Shown here: piece by piece, positions 29,448-38,406 of the stretch
Layout: every line of letters starts with the position of its first letter
Position numbering within the stretch: the first letter of the stretch is position 1
Assembly (NCBI GenBank): GCA_964414145.1
Contig: CAYPVH010000002.1
Span: 1 to 57,368 of the forward strand
Length of the DNA: 57,368 nucleotides
Source of the DNA: an uncultured Gammaproteobacteria bacterium
Lineage (GTDB): Bacteria; Patescibacteriota; Microgenomatia; UBA1406
Reading direction: 5' to 3'
Notes under the pieces: model-generated
Seen by the model: the letters and a program-made list of their open reading frames with translations, nothing else
What the model was told of the DNA's origin: nothing
Database searches by the model: none
Program-made: the position numbers and the translations under genes

Positions 29448-31639
29448 TTATTTTTCGAAATTGCACCTAATTCCAGAATCAGTGATTTGCGTTGTGTTAC
29501 TTTCCTTAAAACGGGCTTGTTGATTTTAAAAGGTGCATCGATACCTTCAATGTAGAAGTGATATCGAAGTATTTCCGATGTTTTTGGTTCTGCTTTAAGA
29601 TTAATTTTTTCACTTACTTCTTTGTTGTTTATTAATCCTATAAATAAGTAGTCATTACTAATATCAAGCGTAGCCTGGTTCAATTCATAAAAAAGCCTTT
29701 TGGTTTCATCTTTGTTGAGTCCTATTGTACCGGCAATATTGTTGTTAAATTTTATTAACTCTGATTTTTTAATAACCCAACCGGTTCTTGGTTTACTAAA
29801 ATTTACTGCTAAGTACTCGTAATAGATATAAGATCGTGTTAGGTCATTGATTAGCAGAGAATTGTTATTAGGCTTTACTACCCATTTATTATTTTGGTGG
29901 GGCGGATCAGAATAAGTAATGGGCCTACTTACTTTGACAGTTGTATTTTTTGCCGAATAAACAAATATTGTGGGCGAGGGGCCGGTTAACCGAATTGGGC
30001 AGCTACCATCCCATTTACTCCATTCTCGATCTAAAAAAACCCGCCTTCTAATACCCATCTCGCCATATGTTGCTGCCCCAATACTGCTTAGTAACGAACT
30101 TACCTCATTTGTTACCGAGTCAATATTAGGTAGAGTATTTGAATTTGGTATTAAGTAGTAGGCAGGGATGTCTGCAACAAAATTTTCAACTTCTCCAACC
30201 ATTGGAATATTAATATGATTAATGTAGTAACCCAGACGACCAAAATTTTCCAAGTCATAGATTGGGCTAAGTTCATCTTCTGTTGGTTTACAAATACCCC
30301 CCTTATCTATGGCTGCAACAACTTCGGCCGCTATAGTTGGCTCTATTTCTGCACTTTCCGGAAATTCGGGGTCGAAATCGCCAAGTTTAATAACCGGTTC
30401 ATTGGCGTCATTTTCACCCAGAACAGATATATTTTTTGACTTTGTAGCCGGAACAACTTCGGTAAACTTAGCCCTATAACCGGAAGATAATTCTGCATAA
30501 CCTTTTATTAAGTAGTACGGTTCAAATGTACTTTGTGCTATATGGGGTGAGTTTTCCAAATAAGTTAAAACATAATCGGTAACAGTGGCATTTTTAGAAT
30601 GTGCAATGTTATTGGGGAATATTTTACTTGAAATAACTGTGCCTTTACCACTTGGCATAATCAAAGAATTTTCTGCCTTATGAGTTGAAAAAACGGATAA
30701 AGCTTCTTGTGGTCCGATTAAATCATCCATATTAATATTTACAGTTCTTTTTATTTGCCTTAAATTAGAATCTATGGAAATAATTTGGTCATTTTGCACC
30801 ACAACGGTTATAGTGTTAAAGTCGGTTGGTCTATCTTTACCGTTTGACATATCGGAAACATTGATAATATTGGGATTGGGTAAGCTTTGCGAGTCGGTTT
30901 GACCTTCACGAATGTTTTTTATATTAACATCTTCTGCCACGTTAAGTATTCCCTGAAAGTTAAGAATTGGCAGTCCGGCTATTTCCCAGTCACGATGGCA
31001 CTCAACAAAGACCATTTTTTTGTATTTCTGGTTTTCATAAGTTATCGGACAGCTAATAGTGCTATCGGCTAGCCCTTTTTGTTGTAGGTAGTTTAAAACT
31101 TTTTCGTTTATGTTATTGCCCCCAAAATCGGTTAATTGATGCTTACCAAAAGAAACGAATGAATATGCCCCAGACTTTGTGTTATACACCAGTATTCCTT
31201 TGTTATTTTGGTTTTTCAACTCATAAACAAAAACAGTACTGCTTTTTGTTGTTTTGGTTTGGCTTAAATTAAAAATTGATCCCAGTTGGGTAGCGTCTGC
31301 CAAACTAAAATTGGTCTTTAAATAATACGTTTGGATTGATGTAGGTATGTTGGGGTAGGTAGTTTTTAAAGTATAGTTTTCGAAGATTGTTTTGGGAATT
31401 GGGCTGGAAGGAGTTATACTTGTATCTGTAGTATCTGGGTTGACTTGTTTAGGAACAAGCCCAAAATTACTGGATGTTTCTGGTTGATTGGCTTCAGTCT
31501 TTGATTGTTCTTGGTTATTTTCACTACTTTTGCTTTTAATAACTAAAACTGCAGTAATAAATACAATAAAAACAGCTACAACCAAGCCAATAACTATAAA
31601 TTTATTTTTATTGTTTTTGTAATAATCAAAGTCATCCAT
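29444..31639 (-). CDS. Large membrane-anchored secreted protein of unknown function
   Basis: N-terminal TM, S/T/P linker, C-terminal PTIFVYS...YIYYE...GLN..E...ILELG domain. Confidence 0.85.
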   Translation of the reverse strand: MDDFDYYKNNKNKFIVIGLVVAVFIVFITAVLVIKSKSSENNQEQSKTEANQPETSSNFGLVPKQVNPDTTDTSITPSSPIPKTIFENYTLKTTYPNIPTSIQTYYLKTNFSLADATQLGSIFNLSQTKTTKSSTVFVYELKNQNNKGILVYNTKSGAYSFVSFGKHQLTDFGGNNINEKVLNYLQQKGLADSTISCPITYENQKYKKMVFVECHRDWEIAGLPILNFQGILNVAEDVNIKNIREGQTDSQSLPNPNIINVSDMSNGKDRPTDFNTITVVVQNDQIISIDSNLRQIKRTVNINMDDLIGPQEALSVFSTHKAENSLIMPSGKGTVISSKIFPNNIAHSKNATVTDYVLTYLENSPHIAQSTFEPYYLIKGYAELSSGYRAKFTEVVPATKSKNISVLGENDANEPVIKLGDFDPEFPESAEIEPTIAAEVVAAIDKGGICKPTEDELSPIYDLENFGRLGYYINHINIPMVGEVENFVADIPAYYLIPNSNTLPNIDSVTNEVSSLLSSIGAATYGEMGIRRRVFLDREWSKWDGSCPIRLTGPSPTIFVYSAKNTTVKVSRPITYSDPPHQNNKWVVKPNNNSLLINDLTRSYIYYEYLAVNFSKPRTGWVIKKSELIKFNNNIAGTIGLNKDETKRLFYELNQATLDISNDYLFIGLINNKEVSEKINLKAEPKTSEILRYHFYIEGIDAPFKINKPVLRKVTQRKSLILELGAISKNN

Positions 31640-31713
31640 TACTTAAAAAATTAATACCTAATACTAAAATATTAATCTTATTGGTTTCGATTGTCAAATT
31701 GGCAAAAATACTT

Positions 31714-32418
31714 TTAGCTATTTGAAAATTTAGTGTGCCTTTTGTTGATTTCCAATGAACTCGTGACCATGGATTCGTCTTGCTCAATTAAGTTAATAAT
31801 TAAGTCGGCCACTTTGTTGGGATCCATCCAATCTTCAATCTCTTTTTGATTACCTGCCTTTTCAAAAAGGGGTGTTTTCATTCCACCGGGGTGAATTGCC
31901 GTAACTTTTACATTAGTTTTTGCTAAATCCATTTCTAAACACCTGGTAAAACTGGTAACTCCAGCTTTTGAAGCAGCATATACGCTTTGCCCGTTCCTGA
32001 TTTTTAAACCAGAAGTAGACGATATATTAACAATATGCGCCTCAGTCTCTTTTAAAAGTGCCGGCAGCAGTGCCTTGGTTGTATAAATTGTGCCTTTAAG
32101 ATTAGTATCTATGGTGTAGTTAATGGTGTTGTAGCTGTTATCTGTAAGTTCGCCTTCTAACCAAACACCGGCGTTATTAATTAAAATATTTACACTCAAA
32201 CCGGATAAACTTTTTTCTACCTCTGTGTGATTACTAATATCAGCCAGAATTGCCGCTGTTTTGGTTTTGCTTATTGTTGTTACTGCCTCTTGCAGTTTTT
32301 TTTGGTCTCGCCCCAATATGTAAACAAATGCGCCTTTTTCAACCAATTTTTTAGCTAAAGCAAAGCCCAAACCCGAAGTTCCTCCCGTTACCAAAGCTTT
32401 TTTGTTTTGTATGTGCAT
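31714..32418 (-). CDS. Short-chain dehydrogenase/reductase
   Basis: TGGTSGLG, NNAG, NISS, YAASK, HPGG. Confidence 0.95.
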   Translation of the reverse strand: MHIQNKKALVTGGTSGLGFALAKKLVEKGAFVYILGRDQKKLQEAVTTISKTKTAAILADISNHTEVEKSLSGLSVNILINNAGVWLEGELTDNSYNTINYTIDTNLKGTIYTTKALLPALLKETEAHIVNISSTSGLKIRNGQSVYAASKAGVTSFTRCLEMDLAKTNVKVTAIHPGGMKTPLFEKAGNQKEIEDWMDPNKVADLIINLIEQDESMVTSSLEINKRHTKFSNS

Positions 32419-32455
32419 TTTTTAATTTTAAACAATTGTTATATATTTGGCAATA

Positions 32456-33118
32456 TTAGCTGTCAACAGGTTCCAGTAGCTCTTTATAATTATTACTAAC
32501 TTTGTTTACTGCACTCGAAACCGGGTACATTTGCAGATCAGTATAGGCAGAATAAAGGCCCAGCAAATCTAAAAGGGTATTTGCAGAACTGGTTTGGTTT
32601 AGCCAGGCGTCTTCTTTGTCTTTGCCCAAAATTACCGGCATACGGTTGTGAATTAGTGAAACAGGTTTATTAGCTGCTTTGGTGATTATAGAGAAAGAGA
32701 GCTGTTTTTTACCCGTGTTATCTAGCGACTCAGAATATATACCGGCAAAAGAAATGATTGGTTCGTTTATTGAATGAATGTAATAAGGAATTTTTTGACC
32801 GTTTTCTTTTTTCCACTCAAAAAAACCGCCCGAGGGAATTAAGCAACGACTGTCTTTAAATGCTGCTCTGAATGTTGGTTTTTGATTAATGGTTTCAGCC
32901 CTGGTATTAATAAGTAGGCGGCTTTTTTCTTTTGCCCAAGGTGGAACAAGTCCCCAATGCATTTCCATTGCAGTTAATTCATTGTTCTTAACAATTGTTA
33001 CTACTTTACTACCCGGGGCAATATTGTAACTTGGCTCAAAATTAACATTCCCCAAACTTACTTTGTATCTCGTTTCAATATTATCTTTGGTAAAAGGCGT
33101 TGCCCACCTACCACACAT
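32456..33118 (-). CDS. SRAP (YedK/HMCES) abasic-site protection protein
   Basis: MCGR N-terminus, YNIAPG, WGLVP, INTRAE, GFFEW, HNRMPVIL. Confidence 0.95.
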   Translation of the reverse strand: MCGRWATPFTKDNIETRYKVSLGNVNFEPSYNIAPGSKVVTIVKNNELTAMEMHWGLVPPWAKEKSRLLINTRAETINQKPTFRAAFKDSRCLIPSGGFFEWKKENGQKIPYYIHSINEPIISFAGIYSESLDNTGKKQLSFSIITKAANKPVSLIHNRMPVILGKDKEDAWLNQTSSANTLLDLLGLYSAYTDLQMYPVSSAVNKVSNNYKELLEPVDS

Positions 33119-33140
33119 ATATATGCAATTCTATCAAAAC

Positions 33141-33166
33141 ACCTCGGGGGTTCTAACCCCCGAGGT
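33141..33166. repeat. GC-rich palindrome (REP-like), copy 1
   Basis: ACCTCGGGGGTT-CT-AACCCCCGAGGT, perfect 12-bp arms. Confidence 0.85.
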
Positions 33167-33196
33167 ATTAAAGCAAAAATGGGTATAATAGCTTTT

Positions 33197-33292
33197 ATGA
33201 TCAAGATAATTCTGGCCTTAGCCCTTTTCCGTTTTTTGTGGAAATATATGCAAAGGCTTGTAATTAGAATAAAACAACCAAAAAAAGTATAA
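33197..33292 (+). CDS. Putative 31-aa cationic membrane peptide (not in ORF track)
   Basis: MIKIILALALFRFLWKYMQRLVIRIKQPKKV*; TATAAT 33184-33189 lies 7 nt before ATG. Confidence 0.5.
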   Translation: MIKIILALALFRFLWKYMQRLVIRIKQPKKV

Positions 33293-33301
33293 TAACATTC
33301 T

Positions 33302-33763
33302 ATGTATGCACATGCTCCAAATAACTACATTTGCCCCATATGTTTGGCAATTAAAGGAATAGAAAATAATCAAACAATGATAAAGCAAGCAGATTTGGTT
33401 TACAATAACAAGCTAGTTTCGGTTTACATAAACTCAAAATTTTATAAAAATAATAAGGGCCATTGTATTGTGGTGCCAAATAAACACTTTGAAAATATAT
33501 ATGTTATAGATTCAGAAGTGCTTGCCGAAGTTGCTAGGGTGGCAAAACTGGTAAGTATTGCAATGAAGAAGGCGTATAAATGTTTTGGTATTAACTTAAT
33601 GCAAAACAATGAGCCAATGGCAGGTCAGCATGCCATGCATTTCCATTTGCATATAATTCCAAGGTACAAGAATGATAACTGGGCAAATAATATTCTCGAA
33701 ACCTATATTTCCAAGCCCTCAGAAAGAATTGAGTATGTAAAAAAACTTAAAGAGTTTCTTTAA
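33302..33763 (+). CDS. HIT family nucleotide hydrolase
   Basis: CPIC, HFHLHIIPR histidine triad. Confidence 0.95.
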   Translation: MYAHAPNNYICPICLAIKGIENNQTMIKQADLVYNNKLVSVYINSKFYKNNKGHCIVVPNKHFENIYVIDSEVLAEVARVAKLVSIAMKKAYKCFGINLMQNNEPMAGQHAMHFHLHIIPRYKNDNWANNILETYISKPSERIEYVKKLKEFL

Positions 33764-33775
33764 TATGTATAAAAT

Positions 33776-34954
33776 ATGGCGAAGCAAAAAAATACAAAAA
33801 TAACTTTGTTGAATATTTTACATGTTCTGAATGACGGCTTTTTAGTTAGTCTTCCATTGTTACTACCTTTTATTAGTAAAGGTTTAGGAATAAATTTGGC
33901 AGAAGTGGGTATTTTGGGAACTTTTTTAAATGTACTTGGTATATTTTTAGCTCTTCCCGCCGGGTATATTGCTCATAAAATCGGCGGCTTAAAAGTGCTT
34001 GTTATTGCGGTTCTTTTATATAGTATTGGTTTTTTTGGAACTGCACTTTCAACCTCGCTATATATGCTAGCTTTATTCTTTTTTATTGCCGGTATCGGTT
34101 TTGGTGTTTTTCACCCAATTTCGTTTGCTTTAGTTTCGCGGTGGTCTATAAAGGAAAATAGGGGTAGACTTATGGGTAATTTTACTGCAATTGGTGACAT
34201 TGGCAGGATTGGGTTTTCTACTGTTATAACATTTTTAATTGCTTACATTGGTTGGCAATTAACTTCACTTTCTTTTGGTTTACTTGCTCTACTAATTTTT
34301 CTTCTTTTATATTGGTTTTTTGTAAAGGATAGACAGGTAAATAGTGAAGAACTTTCAAAACCAATATTAGTTACCAAATCTAGTATTATAGATCTTCTTA
34401 AAAACAAAAAATTTGTGTTGTGCTCAACTTCTTCAGCCATAGATTCATTAGCAAGCTCTGCGTTATTCATATTTTTACCTTTTTTACTTATTGAAAGGGG
34501 AGTAGAGCCGTCTTTATTTGGCTCTTTTACAGCTGCCTTCTTCATTGGCAATATGGCTGGCAAAACTGTGTTGGGGAGATTAGTAGACACGTTTGGAAAT
34601 TTAAAAATATTTATTGTGGCAGAGTTGTTAATGGCTTTGTTTATTTTTCTCTTAGCCAATACTCCTTCACTAGTATTAATAGTACTGTTTTCTATAATTT
34701 TAGGAGCTTTCACAAAAGGTACCGCGCCCGTTGTGCAAACAATGATTGCAGAATCGGTTGAAGACTACGGTAATTTTGAAAAAGCCTTTGGTGTTAAAGA
34801 AACAATTTCTGGGTCAGCAACTGCTATAGCGCCATTATTATTGGGATTTGTAGCATACCAGTTTGGCATAGTTAATGCTTTTAATTTAAGCGCGGTTTTT
34901 GCATTATTGGCGATTATTCCAGCGTTATTGGCAACCAAGACAAAGATGGTTTAA
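33776..34954 (+). CDS. MFS transporter
   Basis: 12 TM; GYIAHKIG and GRLVDTFG loop motifs; GVFHP. Confidence 0.92.
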   Translation: MAKQKNTKITLLNILHVLNDGFLVSLPLLLPFISKGLGINLAEVGILGTFLNVLGIFLALPAGYIAHKIGGLKVLVIAVLLYSIGFFGTALSTSLYMLALFFFIAGIGFGVFHPISFALVSRWSIKENRGRLMGNFTAIGDIGRIGFSTVITFLIAYIGWQLTSLSFGLLALLIFLLLYWFFVKDRQVNSEELSKPILVTKSSIIDLLKNKKFVLCSTSSAIDSLASSALFIFLPFLLIERGVEPSLFGSFTAAFFIGNMAGKTVLGRLVDTFGNLKIFIVAELLMALFIFLLANTPSLVLIVLFSIILGAFTKGTAPVVQTMIAESVEDYGNFEKAFGVKETISGSATAIAPLLLGFVAYQFGIVNAFNLSAVFALLAIIPALLATKTKMV

Positions 34955-34959
34955 CGTTG

Positions 34960-35859
34960 TTAATTCAGCAGCATTACCAGTATTGGTAGAGTTATTATAG
35001 ATAAGAGTATTGTGAAGGGTACCAGTTGCCCCAAAAGTTTGGTTGGTATTTTCTCTATTTCGGCAAAAATCAGAACTGTTAGGGGTACAGGGGCGGTACT
35101 TGCCATAATAAGAACCTCTGCGGTTTTGCCGCTAATTCCCATTAACTTTACAGTTAACAAACCTATTATTAAGCCGGCAACAATCTTAAAGGTGGCAACG
35201 GTTAAAACAGTTTTATACTCTTCTATCTTTTTCAAATTTATAGTTAGCCCCAGCAAAATACCGGCTAAAAAGGTAAACGAATTTGCAAAAAATGCCAATA
35301 TGTTAACCGCAACTTTTGTGTTGATGTTAATAAGCGAAAGCAAAACGCCCAAAATAATCGAAATAACAATAGGGGAAAGAATTATCTTTTTTAACGTTTG
35401 GGCTAGATTCGGGTTTTTATTCTTACCCATGTAAACAATTGAGCCATAAGAAAAGGTCATTAAGAGTAAAAAGTTGGTTATGTCGGCAATAACTAGGTGC
35501 GAAAAAACTTTTGTTGAATAATTAAGCATTACCAGCGGATAAATAATTGGTCCGCAAGCTAATCCCATAAAGGCAATAAACACCTCTTTCCGAACTGTTT
35601 TGCTGTAAATTTTAGAAATAAAGTATCCGGTAACTAATAGTAGAGACCAAATAATTATGCCAACAAATATATATTTTACGTCGGGTAAACCAATACTGTT
35701 TTCTATAAGTAGTTTAATAATAAGGGCAGGGATTACTATGTTAAAGGCAATTCTGGTTATAGTGGCTTTATCTTCATTTTTCAACAAGCCTATTTCTTTG
35801 GCTAGGTACGTTACTACAATTGAAAGCAAAAAAGGTAGGTTATTCAAAAAAACAGCCAT
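34960..35859 (-). CDS. AEC (auxin efflux carrier) family transporter
   Basis: 10 TM; IVIPALII, SPIVISIILG, PVP motif. Confidence 0.85.
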   Translation of the reverse strand: MAVFLNNLPFLLSIVVTYLAKEIGLLKNEDKATITRIAFNIVIPALIIKLLIENSIGLPDVKYIFVGIIIWSLLLVTGYFISKIYSKTVRKEVFIAFMGLACGPIIYPLVMLNYSTKVFSHLVIADITNFLLLMTFSYGSIVYMGKNKNPNLAQTLKKIILSPIVISIILGVLLSLININTKVAVNILAFFANSFTFLAGILLGLTINLKKIEEYKTVLTVATFKIVAGLIIGLLTVKLMGISGKTAEVLIMASTAPVPLTVLIFAEIEKIPTKLLGQLVPFTILLSIITLPILVMLLN

Positions 35860-35890
35860 AGCCCAAATTATATCAGAGGCTACAATATAA

Positions 35891-35919
35891 AGAAAAAGGG
35901 TAGCGTTTTACCGCTACCC
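35891..35919 (-). terminator. Intrinsic terminator after small peptide gene
   Basis: Minus strand GGGTAGCG-GTAAAA-CGCTACCC-TTTTTCT. Confidence 0.8.
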
Positions 35920-35994
35920 CCGCCCTCTCATTATCTCCGCCATGGAGACAATGTAGAGGGCTAAAATTAGCCCAACTATTAAGATGGCATGCAT
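35914..35994 (-). CDS. Putative 26-aa single-TM peptide (not in ORF track)
   Basis: MHAILIVGLILALYIVSMAEIMRGRG*; SD GAAAGGAGGT 6 nt upstream; extended -10 TGGTATAAT (36033-36025); terminator overlaps stop. Confidence 0.7.
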   Translation of the reverse strand: MHAILIVGLILALYIVSMAEIMRGRG

Positions 35995-36054
35995 TTTGCC
36001 ACCTCCTTTCATTAGGATAGGTGTATTATACCAAAAAACTATAGGTTATGATAA

Positions 36055-36552
36055 TTATAAACTCCAGCTTTGGTTTCTAAATTTCGGATCGTTGAAGAGC
36101 TCCTCAATATATTTATGTACTAACTCTTTGTCTTTTTTGTTGAGTGGCATGAAGTTATCATAAAACCCAGATTCTTTGGCAGGTAAATATACAGCTTCGG
36201 GCCATATTTGTTTTTTTGCGTTTTTAGCTCTTCCAAATATATGCATATGCATCACTGGTCGCTCATTATTTTTAAACGCCCAAGTACCTAGATCTTCGTA
36301 ATTAATCCATACCACAAGTATGCCTTGTTCGTTCATTGCTTTTAATAGGGCTTGGCCGGCTACTATACTTAGGCGCATATATTCAATTGCTTCTTTTGGG
36401 GTTAGTTCTGACCTGTTGCTTATTCTTTTGGCGTCTTTAGGAAACAGTCTTATGTGTCCGCCTTCTGTTCGACAGACTAGGGGGTGTGGCGCTGAGTTAA
36501 CTATAAAGTTTTCTGTTTCAAAAAGTATGTCTTCCGGATTAATAGTTGCCAT
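36055..36552 (-). CDS. HIT-like protein (non-canonical triad)
   Basis: EGGHIRLFPK, NYEDLG, VMHMHIFGR (third His absent). Confidence 0.75.
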   Translation of the reverse strand: MATINPEDILFETENFIVNSAPHPLVCRTEGGHIRLFPKDAKRISNRSELTPKEAIEYMRLSIVAGQALLKAMNEQGILVVWINYEDLGTWAFKNNERPVMHMHIFGRAKNAKKQIWPEAVYLPAKESGFYDNFMPLNKKDKELVHKYIEELFNDPKFRNQSWSL

Positions 36553-36570
36553 AACAAAATATATAAGCTT

Positions 36571-37428
36571 TTATAAAAGTAACAAAAACAAACCAACTAT
36601 AACACCAAATACGCCAACAAATTTTTTAAAAGATAACTCGTCTTTAAATAAAATCCACGCAAATATTGTTACTGCCGAAATAGAAGCGGCGTTAATTGCA
36701 TTTACATAACCCAAATTTGGTGCAATTTGAATAGACAAAAAGTTAAACAAATTAAACCCGGTAGACAATAGTCCAACGCCTAAAAAGGCAACTGGTTTGG
36801 CTTTTATTTGCCCAATATTTACTTTTTTAATAATAATTTCTGCAATTATGGCGCTAACTACAACAATGTATGCATAGCTTAAAAAAACATATAACTCAAC
36901 ACCTTGGTTAAACAAGTATTTTGAAGACAACGAAAGCATTCCCCAGCAAAAAAAGCTAACAATGGCTAGTGGTAACCAAAGCGGTTTTGTAGTTTTTTTG
37001 GTTTTTTTTTGGTCCAGCATAATTAAAGCCGAAAAAGCCACAATTAAAAAAATTGCTGCTGTATTTTGCCAGCTTAATGGCTGACTAAACCAAACAACGG
37101 CTACTAGTGTGGTAAACACAACGTAGCTTTTAGAAATAACTAAACTAAACCCCGGGTTTGGGGCGTATTCTATACTTAACAAAGACGCTACATTTCCAAT
37201 ATAGCTAAAAATAATAGACACAAAAAATATAATAACGTACTGAATTGGGGTTAATAGAAAGTTTTGTTTGTTTACTATTCCTAATATTAAGAATGCAAAA
37301 AGGGGAATACCAAACATTGCCAAGTTATTTATTTGCTGAGGTACTTTGTTAAGCGCAGCTTTCCTTATTAATAGGTATAAACCTACCGAAGAGGCAAACA
37401 TCAGCAAACTTGTTATTATCCAGTTCAT
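36571..37428 (-). CDS. DMT/EamA family transporter
   Basis: Two 5-TM repeats each with AP(N)PG/LG motif; LFKDELSFKKFVG end. Confidence 0.85.
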   Translation of the reverse strand: MNWIITSLLMFASSVGLYLLIRKAALNKVPQQINNLAMFGIPLFAFLILGIVNKQNFLLTPIQYVIIFFVSIIFSYIGNVASLLSIEYAPNPGFSLVISKSYVVFTTLVAVVWFSQPLSWQNTAAIFLIVAFSALIMLDQKKTKKTTKPLWLPLAIVSFFCWGMLSLSSKYLFNQGVELYVFLSYAYIVVVSAIIAEIIIKKVNIGQIKAKPVAFLGVGLLSTGFNLFNFLSIQIAPNLGYVNAINAASISAVTIFAWILFKDELSFKKFVGVFGVIVGLFLLLL

Positions 37429-37438
37429 ATAATTTAAA

Positions 37439-37882
37439 TTATCTAAACAAAGAAAACTTTTTAGTAAATTCCCTTAACTCACTAGTCTTTCCAAATAAAC
37501 AAACACCATAATATTCTAGCTCATTTTCGGTTGTTTTTGCTGTGGCGTTAACTTGGTCTTCCGAAGTGCCTACAGTCATTGTGCTTGTGAAATCTGTGAA
37601 AATTATTTGCCTTTTTATTGCCTCGTTTCGTACAGTACGTATTTGGTTAGAATTTTCGGCCTTTAGCACAATAAAAGGGAAGTGCGAAATGTTGGGGTGA
37701 ATGTTGCCATCTTTGTCTGTGTATTCTAAAAAGCACATATCTGCTTTATTACTGTTTGCACAGGCTAACCCGGCTGTCATATGGCCCAAAGCATTCATTA
37801 GTAGCCCAGTCTCAATTTTTTTGTTTAATACTGCTATAAAACGATAACTGTTTTCGTTTGGAAGGGTTGAAAAATTAATCAT
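37439..37882 (-). CDS. DUF2000-family (PTH2-like fold) protein
   Basis: AVLNKK..G..MNALGH, HPNISHFPFIVL, DFTSTM, YYGVCLFG...TKKFSL. Confidence 0.75.
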   Translation of the reverse strand: MINFSTLPNENSYRFIAVLNKKIETGLLMNALGHMTAGLACANSNKADMCFLEYTDKDGNIHPNISHFPFIVLKAENSNQIRTVRNEAIKRQIIFTDFTSTMTVGTSEDQVNATAKTTENELEYYGVCLFGKTSELREFTKKFSLFR

Positions 37883-38406
37883 GGTTTATTTAAATAACTT
37901 TTAACCAAAAATAAAGCCGAAATCATACGCGATTCGGTTAATTCACCTTTTTTTATTAATTCTTCAAACTTAGAAAACGGGTATTTAAAAACCTCGGCTA
38001 TACTGTCTTCATCCCCTTCAAGGTGGCTTTCTACCAAATCTTCTGCTAAAAACACATGTGTTTTTTGAGTAAAATAGCCAGGCGACATGGTAAGGGTAGC
38101 AATATGCGTAAGTTTATTGGCTTTGTAACCAACTTCTTCTTGCAATTCCTTATTGGCTGTTTCCAGTTCATTAAGCCCCTTTTCAATTCTGCCCTTTGGT
38201 AAAGCAACTTGGTATTCATCTATAGCAGCAAAATATTCTTTTATAAAAATAACTTCTTTGTTTTTTGTTAACGGAACCAATAGGGCAGTATTGCCTTTTT
38301 CAAGAATAGAAAAGCTTTTTAAATTACCTTGCTGTTTTACTTGAATGTCTTTAACGCAAAATACATTGTTCTTAAAAACCGTCTTTTCGGAAAGTCTGTT
38401 TAACAT
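37879..38406 (-). CDS. nudE: Nudix hydrolase, NudE-like ADP-compound hydrolase
   Basis: IKEYFAAIDEYQVALPKG..E..E.ANKELQEEVGY; TMSPGYF. Confidence 0.8.
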   Translation of the reverse strand: MLNRLSEKTVFKNNVFCVKDIQVKQQGNLKSFSILEKGNTALLVPLTKNKEVIFIKEYFAAIDEYQVALPKGRIEKGLNELETANKELQEEVGYKANKLTHIATLTMSPGYFTQKTHVFLAEDLVESHLEGDEDSIAEVFKYPFSKFEELIKKGELTESRMISALFLVKSYLNKP

